DNA of 64,000 bases from Parcubacteria group bacterium Gr01-1014_38 (GCA_007376145.1 VMFP01000001.1:14639-78638), one strand, 5' to 3'. Positions 38,380 to 47,868 are shown, counted from the first letter of the stretch. Translations and numbers: made by a program. The notes: generated from the letters alone by a model not told the origin.

Positions 38380-39965
38380 GGTGCGAGGACAAGCATCGTT
38401 GTCTCCCCGAACCGATTGGTCCGTTCGTCAATGACCCGGATGCGTGGGAAGACCCGTCGGTACCGCTGCGCGTCGAACAGCGTCGATTGTACGAAGAGTA
38501 TCTGCTCGCCCCGCTTCAGCCGGGTCTTCGCACTTGTTTTCGGATCGAGGAGGCGGTACCGGCGGCCTGTCGGTGTGGTGAGAAAATGGACCGTCTGTTC
38601 CGAAAACCGGTCGAGGACGAGATACGGCACCGGCGCCTCCGAGTTCCCCCGCGCTGCCGCGTTCAGGAAGATACTGACCTCCGTGAGGTCCGCGCGGTAC
38701 TCATAGTGCGCAAGCGGCGAGTTCCGCGCGACGCTAAAGTACCAGCCGAGGTTGGAGAGCGCCGTGAAGATCAGGGCGAGCGCGGCGATCACCGGCGTAG
38801 CAAGCCGTACGCTTCCCCAGGGGAGCCGTCGGACGCGCGTCCAGAGCCACTGTCCGCCGAGGCCCGCAAGGAAGACGTGGGCGGGAATGGCGCCGACCGT
38901 CCGCAGTCCGTGGGGAATTCCCTCCGCCGTCGTGACCGCAGGGAGAAGCATGGTGAGGAAGAGAAGGATGAGCCATGGCGCGCGCCGGAGCGCGACGAGA
39001 ACGCCGACCAGGCCGAGGAGCGCCGGCACGAAGGAGAGAAACGGCGTTCCCCCGCCGTGGTAGTGGTGGATGCCGCCCGGCGTGTAGGGAATCCTGGGAC
39101 GGGGGACGTTGTGCCGCGGGTTGCCGTCCCCGTCCCACACGAAGGCGCGGAGCGTGCGCCCGGTCATGCGGAGCAGCGTGGCCTTGGGATCGCCGTTGTT
39201 GAGATCGGGATTGAAAATCGAGACATGCTGCGCGCGAACGAACGAAAAACCCGGATGCGCGGCGAAGAACCAGAGAAGGGGGAGCGCGACGGCGAACGCC
39301 GTCACCCCAGCGATCGCCAGAGGGAGCAGAGCAGGCTGCGCCCGATCACGGACGCTCTGCTGGAGGAAGAGACGGACGATGACAATCGCTCCCGCGAGCA
39401 TCAGAAAGACCAGAAACGCCCGGTACGCGGTGTACGTGTAGAAGCCGAGGCCGGCGGCAAGACCCGCGAGGATGGCGCTCGTCCAGCGCGCCCGGGGCGT
39501 GGCGGCTTGGAAGACCCGCGCGAGGCCCCAGAGGGTGAGCGCGATGAAGAGGGGAACGGTGATGGCCCGAAACCCGGTCCGCGAGAGGGTGACGTGCCAG
39601 GGGTTGGTGGCCAGGAAGAGCGCCGCGAGCATCGCTGCCGCTTTCCCGAAGAGTCGAACGCCCGCCGCGTACGTCGCGGCAACCGTCGCGATCCCACACA
39701 GGGCAGAGGCGAGAAAGAGCGGCCAGGTTCCGACGCCGAAGATCCCCACCGTGAGCGCAACCACGTAAAAGAAGAGACTTTCCCGTCCGTTGTTTCGGAG
39801 AGAGAATACCTGGAGGTTTCCCGACAGAATGTCCAGTGCATCTTCGCCATTCGCCGCCTGATCGGGGTACAGCCCGGGTGGGTACTCGGTGAGCGCCCAG
39901 AGTCGCGCTCCTGCCGCCAGGAGGAGAATGCCCCCGATTGCCAGTCCCCGTCTCCAGACTATCAC
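38376..39965 (-). CDS. GT-C fold glycosyltransferase (ArnT/PMT-like)
   Basis: PPGLYPDQA.NG.DA, GRE.LF.Y, P.H..LSR, GNPRHN; multi-TM. Confidence 0.85.
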   Translation of the reverse strand: MIVWRRGLAIGGILLLAAGARLWALTEYPPGLYPDQAANGEDALDILSGNLQVFSLRNNGRESLFFYVVALTVGIFGVGTWPLFLASALCGIATVAATYAAGVRLFGKAAAMLAALFLATNPWHVTLSRTGFRAITVPLFIALTLWGLARVFQAATPRARWTSAILAGLAAGLGFYTYTAYRAFLVFLMLAGAIVIVRLFLQQSVRDRAQPALLPLAIAGVTAFAVALPLLWFFAAHPGFSFVRAQHVSIFNPDLNNGDPKATLLRMTGRTLRAFVWDGDGNPRHNVPRPRIPYTPGGIHHYHGGGTPFLSFVPALLGLVGVLVALRRAPWLILLFLTMLLPAVTTAEGIPHGLRTVGAIPAHVFLAGLGGQWLWTRVRRLPWGSVRLATPVIAALALIFTALSNLGWYFSVARNSPLAHYEYRADLTEVSIFLNAAARGNSEAPVPYLVLDRFSEQTVHFLTTPTGRRYRLLDPKTSAKTRLKRGEQILFVQSTLFDAQRYRRVFPRIRVIDERTNRFGETTMLVLAP

Positions 39966-40096
39966 CCGGTACAGTGTACTCGGAAACGCCGCGACGGGCC
40001 TTTAAGAAGACCGCAGCGGGCTGGACGACGCGAGCAACCGGTGGTATGCTCCCTTCCGAGCCGTCCCAAAGACGCGAACAAACCCCAGGAAACAGC

Positions 40097-40699
40097 ATGA
40101 ACCCACTGAGCCCAGAACTCCTTGCGCTCATCAAGCGCCGGATCGAGGAAATTGAGCGGAACGTCCAGATCGTCAAGCAGCTCTTGAGCGGCGAAGAGCC
40201 CGCGGCGAAGCCGCGGAGTGCCTCCGCGATCAAACCGGAAATCCCGCAGGGAGCCGAGGGCGGCCCCCGCATGATCTACGGACGATTCGACGGCGAGCAC
40301 ATGGAGGGAGAAGACGGGCAGCTCTACCCCGTCCCCGCCAACTACGCGAGCAAGAGCAAACTGGTGGAAGGCGATAAACTCAAGCTCACCATCGAACCAG
40401 ATGGGAGTTTCGTCTACAAGCAGATCAGCCCCGCGGACCGCCGCCGGGTCCTCGGCACGTTCAAGCTCGATGAGGCGGGGAACTACGTCGTCGAGGCCGA
40501 GGGGAAGCCGTACCGGGTCCTCCTTGCTTCCGTGACGTTCTACCACCTCGAGTCGGGAGATCAGGTGACCATTCTCCTTCCCGCAGAGGGAGAGGCGCAC
40601 TGGGGGGCCGTCGAAAACGTCATGAAGCCAGTCGGCCAGATACCATCCCCGGCCGCACGCACATCACCCACCGAGACAGATCTTGCCTCGTCAGGCTAA
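40097..40699 (+). CDS. Conserved hypothetical protein (coiled coil plus beta domain)
   Basis: G.FDGE.M...DG..YPVPANYASKSKLVEGD.LKLTI..DG.F.YKQI, recalled as a CPR-conserved pattern (not searched). Confidence 0.75.
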   Translation: MNPLSPELLALIKRRIEEIERNVQIVKQLLSGEEPAAKPRSASAIKPEIPQGAEGGPRMIYGRFDGEHMEGEDGQLYPVPANYASKSKLVEGDKLKLTIEPDGSFVYKQISPADRRRVLGTFKLDEAGNYVVEAEGKPYRVLLASVTFYHLESGDQVTILLPAEGEAHWGAVENVMKPVGQIPSPAARTSPTETDLASSG

Positions 40700-40709
40700 A
40701 CTCTCTTGT

Positions 40710-41279
40710 ATGCTTCTCCGTGCGCTCGGCGCGCTTCATGACGCGGCGCATCGGCGTCTTCCGCCGAGCCTCCGCCAGTTCGTGAAGTTCGGCATTACGG
40801 GCTCCATCGCCTTTGTGGTGGACTTCGGCGTGTACCTTGGACTCACGCGGCTTGTCCGGTGGGTTACTGTCCTCTGCGTGGGACCTTCGGGAATTCAGGA
40901 AACATCCACGCTCACCGATCTCCCCACCGGATGCGGAGGAGCGTATCCGGTCATCCCCGCCAACCTCGTGAGCGTGCTCATCGCAATGATGGTCGTATTC
41001 TTCTTGAACAAATTCTGGACGTTCCGCGATCCCCGCGCGGCCGTGCTCGCAAGCCAAGGTGCCAGGTTTTTTATCTTCTACACCACCACCTACCTCTTGA
41101 ACCAGGCCGTCACGTCGTTCTTGACGGGACGAGTTCTCGTTCTCCACGCGGTGTTCGGCCCAAATACCGACGTCGCAGCCAAAATTCTCGCTGTGGCGAT
41201 TGTGACGCTGGTGAACTTCGGCGGGAACAAATTCCTGATCTTCCGCGGGGCGACGCCAACTCTGGAGCACACGCACTGA
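40710..41279 (+). CDS. GtrA family membrane protein (lipid-linked sugar flippase-like)
   Basis: QFVKFGITG, VDFGVY, FFLNKFWTF, NF..NK..IF. Confidence 0.88.
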   Translation: MLLRALGALHDAAHRRLPPSLRQFVKFGITGSIAFVVDFGVYLGLTRLVRWVTVLCVGPSGIQETSTLTDLPTGCGGAYPVIPANLVSVLIAMMVVFFLNKFWTFRDPRAAVLASQGARFFIFYTTTYLLNQAVTSFLTGRVLVLHAVFGPNTDVAAKILAVAIVTLVNFGGNKFLIFRGATPTLEHTH

Positions 41280-41283
41280 TCCC

Positions 41284-42921
41284 ATGGCGACCGTGCCCCA
41301 GAGTGTCGAGCCGACGCTCTATCGGAAGTACCGACCCCAGACCTTCGCAGAGGTCCAAGGCCAGGAACACGTCATCCGCGTGCTCTCCCGCGCGCTAGAA
41401 CAGAAGAAACTCGCCCACGCGTACCTCTTCGCCGGCCCTCGGGGCACGGGAAAAACGACGGTTGCGCGGTTGTTCGCCAAGCGCTTGAACTGCGAGCATC
41501 CGAAGGGAGTGGAGCCATGCGGGACCTGCGGATCCTGCCGGGCAGTTGCCCAAGGGACGCATCTCGACCTCATCGAAATTGACGCGGCGAGCAATCGCGG
41601 CATTGACGACATCCGGCTTCTCAAAGAGCGCATCAGCCTCGCGCCGGCGCACGGGCACTGGAAAGTCTACATTGTGGACGAGGTGCATATGCTCTCGAAA
41701 GATGCCTTTAACGCGCTCCTGAAAACGCTCGAGGAACCCCCGCTGCATGCGATCTTCATCCTCGCCACAACGGAGTTGGAGAAAGTGCCCGAGACGGTCC
41801 GTTCGCGGTGCCAGACATTCGTCTTCCGCCGTGCGGCCACCCCTGTCCTCGTGGAACGCCTCGGGACCATCGCACGCGCCGAACATTTCAAGATGTCTCC
41901 GGACGCCCTGCGCATTGTCGCGAACCTCTCCGGTGGCTGTTTCCGCGACGCCGAAAGCTTCCTCGCCATGCTCGTCGGCATCGGCGAACAGGGAATGACG
42001 GCGGAGGATGTGAACCGGATTCTCGGCCTCGCGCCAATCTCCGCGATCCAGAATTTCGTGGACGCGCTCTTTACGCGAAACGCCGAACGGGCGCTCGCCA
42101 TCATTCGGCAGGTGAGCGAGAGCGGGAATTCGCTCTCGGAGTTCACCGTCAGTCTCGCCCGCTACCTCCGCGCGCTCACCACCTGGGCGGTCGCGAGCGT
42201 CCACGCCGAATCCTTCTCTCCCGAAGAGGAAGAACGGCTCCAGGCCCAGGCGCAGCGGCAACCGCTCCAAGGACTCGTGGCGCTCGTACGTGCCGCCCTC
42301 CGCGCGAAATACGAACTCCGGGACGCACTGTACGAAGAACTCCCCGTTGAACTCCTTGCGCTCGAATGGTGTGGAGCGTCCAAGACCGCGGTGGCGGCAT
42401 CTCCGGGTGAACCCCCGTCCGCACGCGCAGAAACACCACGGACGAAAGGCCAACAGCAGGAAGAACCGGAACGCGTACCGACCCCCGCTCCTCAAGAACG
42501 TGCCGTCGCAGAGATTTCCTCGGAATCGCTCCTCGAACGCTGGCCCGAATTTCTCCGGAGAGCATCCTTTCTCCACCCACTCCTCCGCCCGATGCTCGGG
42601 AGCGCGCTTCCCCTCACGGTTCGCGATGGCGCCTTGTTCCTCTGGAGCGACCACGCGCTCCTCCACGAGCGGTGCAAAGATTCTGCGTTCCGCCAGCAGG
42701 TGGAGGGATGCCTCGACCAATCCTTCGGGACGAAACTGCGGCTTCGCCTCGTGCGCGACCGCGATCTCGCCAGTCTCGATCTCCACATGCTGCCGTCAGA
42801 AACCCGCGCCCAGTTCGCCGCCGCTTCCGCCCAGGTTGCGCCAGCCGCGGAACCGGTCCTCGCAGAAACTCTCGACATCCTCGGCGGGGAGGTCGTGGAC
42901 AGCAGCCCTGCGACGCCGTAG
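41284..42921 (+). CDS. dnaX: DNA polymerase III subunit gamma/tau
   Basis: LYRKYRPQ.F, GPRGTGKTT, Zn-binding Cys cluster, EIDAASNRG, DEVHML, SRC. Confidence 0.96.
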   Translation: MATVPQSVEPTLYRKYRPQTFAEVQGQEHVIRVLSRALEQKKLAHAYLFAGPRGTGKTTVARLFAKRLNCEHPKGVEPCGTCGSCRAVAQGTHLDLIEIDAASNRGIDDIRLLKERISLAPAHGHWKVYIVDEVHMLSKDAFNALLKTLEEPPLHAIFILATTELEKVPETVRSRCQTFVFRRAATPVLVERLGTIARAEHFKMSPDALRIVANLSGGCFRDAESFLAMLVGIGEQGMTAEDVNRILGLAPISAIQNFVDALFTRNAERALAIIRQVSESGNSLSEFTVSLARYLRALTTWAVASVHAESFSPEEEERLQAQAQRQPLQGLVALVRAALRAKYELRDALYEELPVELLALEWCGASKTAVAASPGEPPSARAETPRTKGQQQEEPERVPTPAPQERAVAEISSESLLERWPEFLRRASFLHPLLRPMLGSALPLTVRDGALFLWSDHALLHERCKDSAFRQQVEGCLDQSFGTKLRLRLVRDRDLASLDLHMLPSETRAQFAAASAQVAPAAEPVLAETLDILGGEVVDSSPATP

Positions 42922-42935
42922 ACTGTCTCTGATTT

Positions 42936-43009
42936 TCCGGGGTCGTCTAACGGCAGGACAGCAGCCTTTGGAGCTGCGTATGGGGGTTCGAATCCCTCCC
43001 CCGGAACCA
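42936..43009 (+). tRNA. tRNA-Gln (TTG)
   Basis: Acceptor stem TCCGGGG/CCCCGGA, anticodon arm GCAGC-CTTTGGA-GCTGC, GTTCGAATC, encoded CCA. Confidence 0.96.
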
Positions 43010-43108
43010 ACAGCGAGGGACCGGTCGGCGGGTCGCAATCTCTAGGACTATGGAGGTTTAACCTCTATAGAAGACCAGAACGGAGCGAAACCAAAAACAA
43101 GAGGTTCG

Positions 43109-43681
43109 TTAGAAGAGTACTGCAGCAAGAAGGACTCCGATACCAAGCGCGAAGAGCGCGAAGATTTGTCTTGCGGTCGGGTCAGGAACCAATCTCCCGC
43201 CTGTCATTTCCTTCTTGTTCTCCACCAGTTCCTCCTCTGTTGCTCTAGAGACTTGCTGAAAATCCTCCTGACTTGGGTTCGGGTTCAACAGATACTTTTC
43301 GTGCTCCCGTACGAGCTGCTCTATCCGACTGCGAATCCTCAAATATTGTTGTTCCTGGATTATCGCGCTCCGCTCTGTAGAGTGAAGCACGTGGAAAAGT
43401 CCCCAAACAACGCTACAGGATAGAAGAAACAGGGCGATTCTAGCCAGCGAATCGCTAGCAAGAAGATTTTGTCCCAGCGCCGCTGTGGCACCGATAGTTA
43501 CGGCACCGAAACTGGATATCTGGAGTATGTGTCCCCTAAACTCGTGGCTGAGGGCACGAGACTGCTTTTGGTAATCCTTGTCGAGAAAATCAACGAGTTC
43601 TTTCAGGTTTCGATACATTGCGAACACCACCTGATGCTGCGGACTTTCCTTTTCAAGTAGGGCCTCAGGAAAGTGTTTCAT
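43109..43681 (-). CDS. Hypothetical membrane protein in the tRNA-adjacent island
   Basis: 190-aa ORF with about 3 TMs and a coiled coil; lower GC. Confidence 0.65.
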   Translation of the reverse strand: MKHFPEALLEKESPQHQVVFAMYRNLKELVDFLDKDYQKQSRALSHEFRGHILQISSFGAVTIGATAALGQNLLASDSLARIALFLLSCSVVWGLFHVLHSTERSAIIQEQQYLRIRSRIEQLVREHEKYLLNPNPSQEDFQQVSRATEEELVENKKEMTGGRLVPDPTARQIFALFALGIGVLLAAVLF

Positions 43682-43878
43682 ATGGGCACATAATCAAGCA
43701 CTGTCTATCACCATCTGCGTTCGAAGGAAAGGGCTTGGAGTTGTGCTTGGCACTATCCCCGGAGCGAGACTTGGTGGGACTCAAAGTTCTCGCAAATCCT
43801 CTCACATATTCGGTAGCGTCCTGCCCGGCCTGCCTTCATGTGAGTAGCTCGTGCATCTGTCGGAGAGTGACGACCGGC

Positions 43879-43919
43879 TGTGGGTAGATAACCTCCCACC
43901 GCAGCGTTCGAAAATCGTC
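43879..43919 (+). repeat. 41-bp direct repeat, copy 1
   Basis: TGTGGGTAGATAACCTCCCACCGCAGCGTTCGAAAATCGTC; 37/41 identical to 44811-44851. Confidence 0.85.
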
Positions 43920-43945
43920 TACAATAGGGCAGTCAGCCCAGAAGA

Positions 43946-44332
43946 ATGAAAGCGAAACCATTGGCACGAGAACAATACCAAGCGAACATGCAGCCGGAGG
44001 AAAGGTTGGTATTTGGAATGGAATCGCCGTTCCCGTCAATATCTCTTCCCAAAAGTGCCGTTTTCGCTGCGTGGCACGGAAGCCTGCTCCCGCCTCTGGC
44101 GGTTGGTGATGCGCGCGGCACTCTTTACGTTTGCAGATCTGACAATGACCCCGTGCTCTGGAATTTTGATGTCTACGCCATCGGAGGCAGTGAGAGCCTC
44201 GAGATTCAAGGGCCAATTCATACGGAATATCACTGGACCGACCACATCCCGTCGTATCTGTGGGACCAAGCGCCAGAGTGGGTTAGAGATAAGGTTACGA
44301 AGCTGTCGGGTAATCGTTCAGTAACGCCGTAG
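43946..44332 (+). CDS. Hypothetical protein
   Basis: 128-aa ORF downstream of TACAAT; first gene between the repeats. Confidence 0.6.
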   Translation: MKAKPLAREQYQANMQPEERLVFGMESPFPSISLPKSAVFAAWHGSLLPPLAVGDARGTLYVCRSDNDPVLWNFDVYAIGGSESLEIQGPIHTEYHWTDHIPSYLWDQAPEWVRDKVTKLSGNRSVTP

Positions 44333-44336
44333 GCAC

Positions 44337-44552
44337 ATGGGGATGTTTTCTTCGAGGAAAAAGATTGTCTGCCCGCTCTGCAAGAAGGAGTTGGACGTGA
44401 AAAAAGCAAAAGAGGGGAGAGAGCTGGAAATTCGGGGCAAAGACGAGAGAGGGAATATCCACATGAAGCATGTGGGTTTCTGTGGAGCAGATATCGTTTG
44501 GGATACGCTGTGGAATAAGACCTACGAGAGAGATTTGGGTAATATTCCGTAA
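44337..44552 (+). CDS. Small putative zinc-binding protein
   Basis: CPLC...H...C; tightly packed between its neighbours. Confidence 0.55.
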   Translation: MGMFSSRKKIVCPLCKKELDVKKAKEGRELEIRGKDERGNIHMKHVGFCGADIVWDTLWNKTYERDLGNIP

Positions 44553-44752
44553 TGAACGAGTGGGCCAAGAAAGGGGATGAAGAGCTTTTAGAAACCGCTG
44601 ACATTGGTCTTCGTGGCCAGGGCGCGCTGGTCGAGATGCTACGTCGCCTGAAAAACTCAACAGCGCGTCTGTCCGTGGTGAACGCTATCTTGAGTGTGGT
44701 GATGTTCTTAGCAGCACTCGTGCAGATTTACCTCACTTGGAAGTCACGATAA
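44552..44752 (+). CDS. Small protein with a C-terminal TM helix
   Basis: TAATG overlap with the upstream ORF; VNAILSVVMFLAALVQIYL. Confidence 0.6.
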   Translation: MNEWAKKGDEELLETADIGLRGQGALVEMLRRLKNSTARLSVVNAILSVVMFLAALVQIYLTWKSR

Positions 44753-44810
44753 GCACTCACTCTACGCGGGGTAGAGTAGTGCGCGCATTTGCCGCAGCGC
44801 TACGAGGGGT

Positions 44811-44851
44811 TGCGGGTAGATAACCTCCCACCTCACCGTTCGAAAGTCGTC
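44811..44851 (+). repeat. 41-bp direct repeat, copy 2
   Basis: TGCGGGTAGATAACCTCCCACCTCACCGTTCGAAAGTCGTC. Confidence 0.85.
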
Positions 44852-44951
44852 CCGGATGGGGAGCCAATTTGGTTCCGTTCGAACGGCCGAGTGTTCGTTC
44901 GGCTCCATGTCCTAACGCTGGTAGCTGTACGTTCCTGCTACACTGAAGGAC

Positions 44952-46718
44952 ATGCGGATACCAACCCCGAACAGGGATCTCGGTTCGGGGGCACGGAGCA
45001 GGGAACAACAGGAACTGCAGACTCGGCTGCAGCCACGCTACGCGTGGCGTCTGCGCAGTGCACAGCCCCCGCAGAGCATCTCTGCGCTTCTCTCTGCACT
45101 TCTCCAGTTTCGTGGGGTAGGGGAGAGCGCCGCCGCGGCGTTTCTGAATCCGTCGTACGAGGCTACGCTTCAGCAGTCGGCAGTGCTTCCGCAGTGCGGC
45201 CCAGCCGTCGCGCGCATTCAGCGGGCGCTGAAGATCTCTGAACCGATCGCGATCTTCGGGGACTATGACGTGGACGGCGTGACGGGGGCTGCGCTCCTCG
45301 CCGAGGCGCTCACCGGCCTCGGCGGTGTGGTGCGCGTGGAGCTTCCGCACCGGGAGGATGGCTATGGGCTGTCGGTTTCTGCGGTTCGACGGCTCGTTCC
45401 TCCAGCAACACTCCTCATCACCGTGGATAATGGGACCAGTGCGTCCGCAGCGGTGGCCGACGCACTCTCCCGCGGTGCGGACGTGATCATTCTTGACCAC
45501 CATGCCGTGACGGGAAGTCTTCCGCCCGGCGCTCTCGTCGTGAATCCTGCCTTGCCGTCTGCGCAGTACCCGGAGCCGTTCCCCGCTGCGGTCGGCGTCG
45601 CCTGGAAGCTCGCGGCCGCGCTGTTCGCCGCCGAGGGTCGCGCAGGGGACGAACGGTTCTTGCTTGACTTGGTCGCTCTTGGCACGTTGGCGGACAGCGT
45701 CAAGCTTCTCGGCGAGAATCGGGTTCTCGTCCGTTGGGGGCTGGAAGTCTTACGCAGGAGCCGACGACCAGGACTCCACGCATTGGCCGAGCGCGCCGGC
45801 GCCGCGCTCCGCGATGTCACGGCCGATACGGTCACTTTCCGGCTGGTTCCACGCTTGAACGCTGCGGGGAGGCTTCGCCATGCCAACCTCGCGCTCGAGT
45901 TGCTTCGCACCACCCATGAAGGGACAGCCCAGCGCCTGGCGTCCGAGCTCGACGCGGTGAACGAAGAACGACGGCTGCTGACAGAGGAAATCATGGCCGA
46001 AGTGCGGCGATCGCTTGGGGAGCCTTTTCCGCCGGTGGTCGTTGCGTCAGGGCCCTGGCCGCTTGGGCTGCTCGGTGTGCTGGCGGGGCGGCTTGCCGAG
46101 GAGTACCAGCGTCCCGCTGTTGCCGTCGCCGTACGCGACGACGAGTGTGTCGCATCCATTCGCGGTCCCAAGCAAGGACCGGAGAGGGATGCCGGCACGA
46201 ACATGGTGGAGCTTGTTGGTGAGATGAAAGGACTGCTTACCAAATACGGCGGCCATGCCGGCGCGGCTGGGTTTTCGTTCCCGCGGTCGGCGCTTGGAGC
46301 CGTCGAGGACTTTTTCCGCGCCCATGCGCCGGTGACGCCGAACGGAGCCCAGCCCGAGCTCATGCTCGATTGCCCGCTTCTTCTGGCGCTGGTGACGCCT
46401 GACCTCACGCGCGCGCTCAATGCACTCGAACCGTTCGGTAACGGGAATGAGCGCCCCGTGTTTCTCTTCCACGGCTTGTCAGTGGCGGAGAGTCGTTCGA
46501 TCGGAACGAATGGCGATCACCTCCGCATGGTGCTACGGCATCCCGAGCACGCAATGCCGGGATCGGCCGTGGCCTTCCGGTGGGGAAATCGTCCGCGGCC
46601 GCCGCTCGGGTCCAGAGTGGACGTGGCGGCGGAGATTCGTCAGGACCGCTTCCGAGGAATGCTCCGGGTGGATCTGCACGTCCAGGATCTTCGCGGCGCC
46701 GTCGCGCCCGCCCCATGA
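44952..46718 (+). CDS. recJ: Single-stranded-DNA exonuclease RecJ
   Basis: GDYDVDG, TVDNG, DHH, PRLNAAGR, GGHAGAAG, LEPFG.GN. Confidence 0.95.
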   Translation: MRIPTPNRDLGSGARSREQQELQTRLQPRYAWRLRSAQPPQSISALLSALLQFRGVGESAAAAFLNPSYEATLQQSAVLPQCGPAVARIQRALKISEPIAIFGDYDVDGVTGAALLAEALTGLGGVVRVELPHREDGYGLSVSAVRRLVPPATLLITVDNGTSASAAVADALSRGADVIILDHHAVTGSLPPGALVVNPALPSAQYPEPFPAAVGVAWKLAAALFAAEGRAGDERFLLDLVALGTLADSVKLLGENRVLVRWGLEVLRRSRRPGLHALAERAGAALRDVTADTVTFRLVPRLNAAGRLRHANLALELLRTTHEGTAQRLASELDAVNEERRLLTEEIMAEVRRSLGEPFPPVVVASGPWPLGLLGVLAGRLAEEYQRPAVAVAVRDDECVASIRGPKQGPERDAGTNMVELVGEMKGLLTKYGGHAGAAGFSFPRSALGAVEDFFRAHAPVTPNGAQPELMLDCPLLLALVTPDLTRALNALEPFGNGNERPVFLFHGLSVAESRSIGTNGDHLRMVLRHPEHAMPGSAVAFRWGNRPRPPLGSRVDVAAEIRQDRFRGMLRVDLHVQDLRGAVAPAP

Positions 46719-47155
46719 AGGCGGTTGTCTACACGGATGGAGGCGCGCGGGGGAACCCCGGCCCGGCCGCCATCGGCGTGGTCATTCAGATCGAGGGAAA
46801 GAAACCGATGCGGATGAGCGAGGCGATTGGAACCACGACGAACAACGTGGCGGAGTACCGCGCACTCCTCCGCGCGCTTCACGAAGCGAAGAATCTTGGA
46901 GTGACGGAGCTCGAGTGTCGACTGGATAGCGAGCTCGTCGTGAAGCAGTTGAACCGCGAGTACAAGGTGCGGAATCTCGATCTTGCCCCACTGTTTATCC
47001 GCGTCTGGAATCTGGCTCAAGGGTTTCGCACGATCCGGTTTGTCGCGGTCCCGCGATCAGAAAACCGAGAGGCTGACCGCTTGGTAAACACCGCTCTGTC
47101 GAAGGCTGGACATCCGAAAAAGCCTGCACCGTACAGAGCGCGTGCTTCCGCATAG
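46715..47155 (+). CDS. rnhA: Ribonuclease HI
   Basis: YTDGGARGNPGPA, TNNVAEY, DSELVV.Q, N.EAD.L.N. Confidence 0.93.
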   Translation: MKAVVYTDGGARGNPGPAAIGVVIQIEGKKPMRMSEAIGTTTNNVAEYRALLRALHEAKNLGVTELECRLDSELVVKQLNREYKVRNLDLAPLFIRVWNLAQGFRTIRFVAVPRSENREADRLVNTALSKAGHPKKPAPYRARASA

Positions 47156-47157
47156 TC

Positions 47158-47186
47158 TTGACAGGTGACGGGGGATACGGTAGAGT
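47158..47186 (+). promoter_or_regulatory. Sigma70-type promoter of rnpB
   Basis: TTGACA-17-TAGAGT. Confidence 0.7.
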
Positions 47187-47193
47187 CTTTGGC

Positions 47194-47793
47194 GCAGGGA
47201 TGAGCGGGCGATCGCGCCCCGCAGTCTGCGGGGTGAGGAACGTCCGGGCAGCATTCCGGAGGCCTGACGCGAGAAAGTCCGTCTAGCGACCAGTTCTTTC
47301 TTCACGAGAAAAGCGTCAGTCTGATGCGTCCATCAGACAGCACGCCCCGGAATACGGGTGGCAGGTAACGCCTGCCCGTCGCAAGACGCGGGAGCGGAGT
47401 GACGCTCTGCGAGAGAACAGACGACACGTGGAGTCTGTTCACCAGAGCTTTCGCCGCCGAAGAGTGCAACAGAAATGACACCGCCGACCCGCCAACAGCT
47501 ACGCAGTTGCTGGCGGGGGCAAGGGTGAAATCGTGCGGTAAGAGCGCACGCGGTACCGCAGCAATGCGGGGCCGAGGCAAACCCCACCCGCTGCAATCCC
47601 AAGTATTGGTAGGGAGCACGAGACGTGTGGTGACACACGTCCCAGAGAGATGATCGCTACCCCGCACCTCTTTGGACCTCAGAATTGCGGTTGCCAAGCA
47701 CACCGGACCCCTTTGGTGGGGCCCGACAGTGCGAGGAGCCCTGAGGAACAAAGAGGTGCGGGGAACAGAACCCGGCGTACAGCTCATCCCTGC
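47194..47793 (+). ncRNA. rnpB: RNase P RNA, unusually long (600 nt)
   Basis: P1 GCAGGGATGAGC/GCTCATCCCTGC; GAGGAACGTCCGGG, AGTGCAACAGAAA, GGGTGAAA..GGTAAGAGC, GGCAAACCCC, AGATGATCGC, ACAGAACCCGGCGTA. Confidence 0.95.
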
Positions 47794-47839
47794 AACACAA
47801 CCCCCACACGAACGCGTGCGGGGTTTGTGCTCATAGTGG

Positions 47840-47868
47840 TTGTCAATCGGGCCTGACGGAGGTATAGT
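47840..47868 (+). promoter_or_regulatory. Sigma70-type promoter of the polysaccharide genes
   Basis: TTGTCA-17-TATAGT. Confidence 0.55.

Noticed and set aside
41284-42921. Programmed frameshift in dnaX
   Set aside because: No A-AAA-AAG or long A-run slippery site was seen.
43879-44851. CRISPR array, tRNA-derived att sites or DnaA boxes
   Set aside because: Only two repeats, 932 bp apart, with no cas genes; they do not match the tRNA-Gln 3' end and contain no TTATCCACA.
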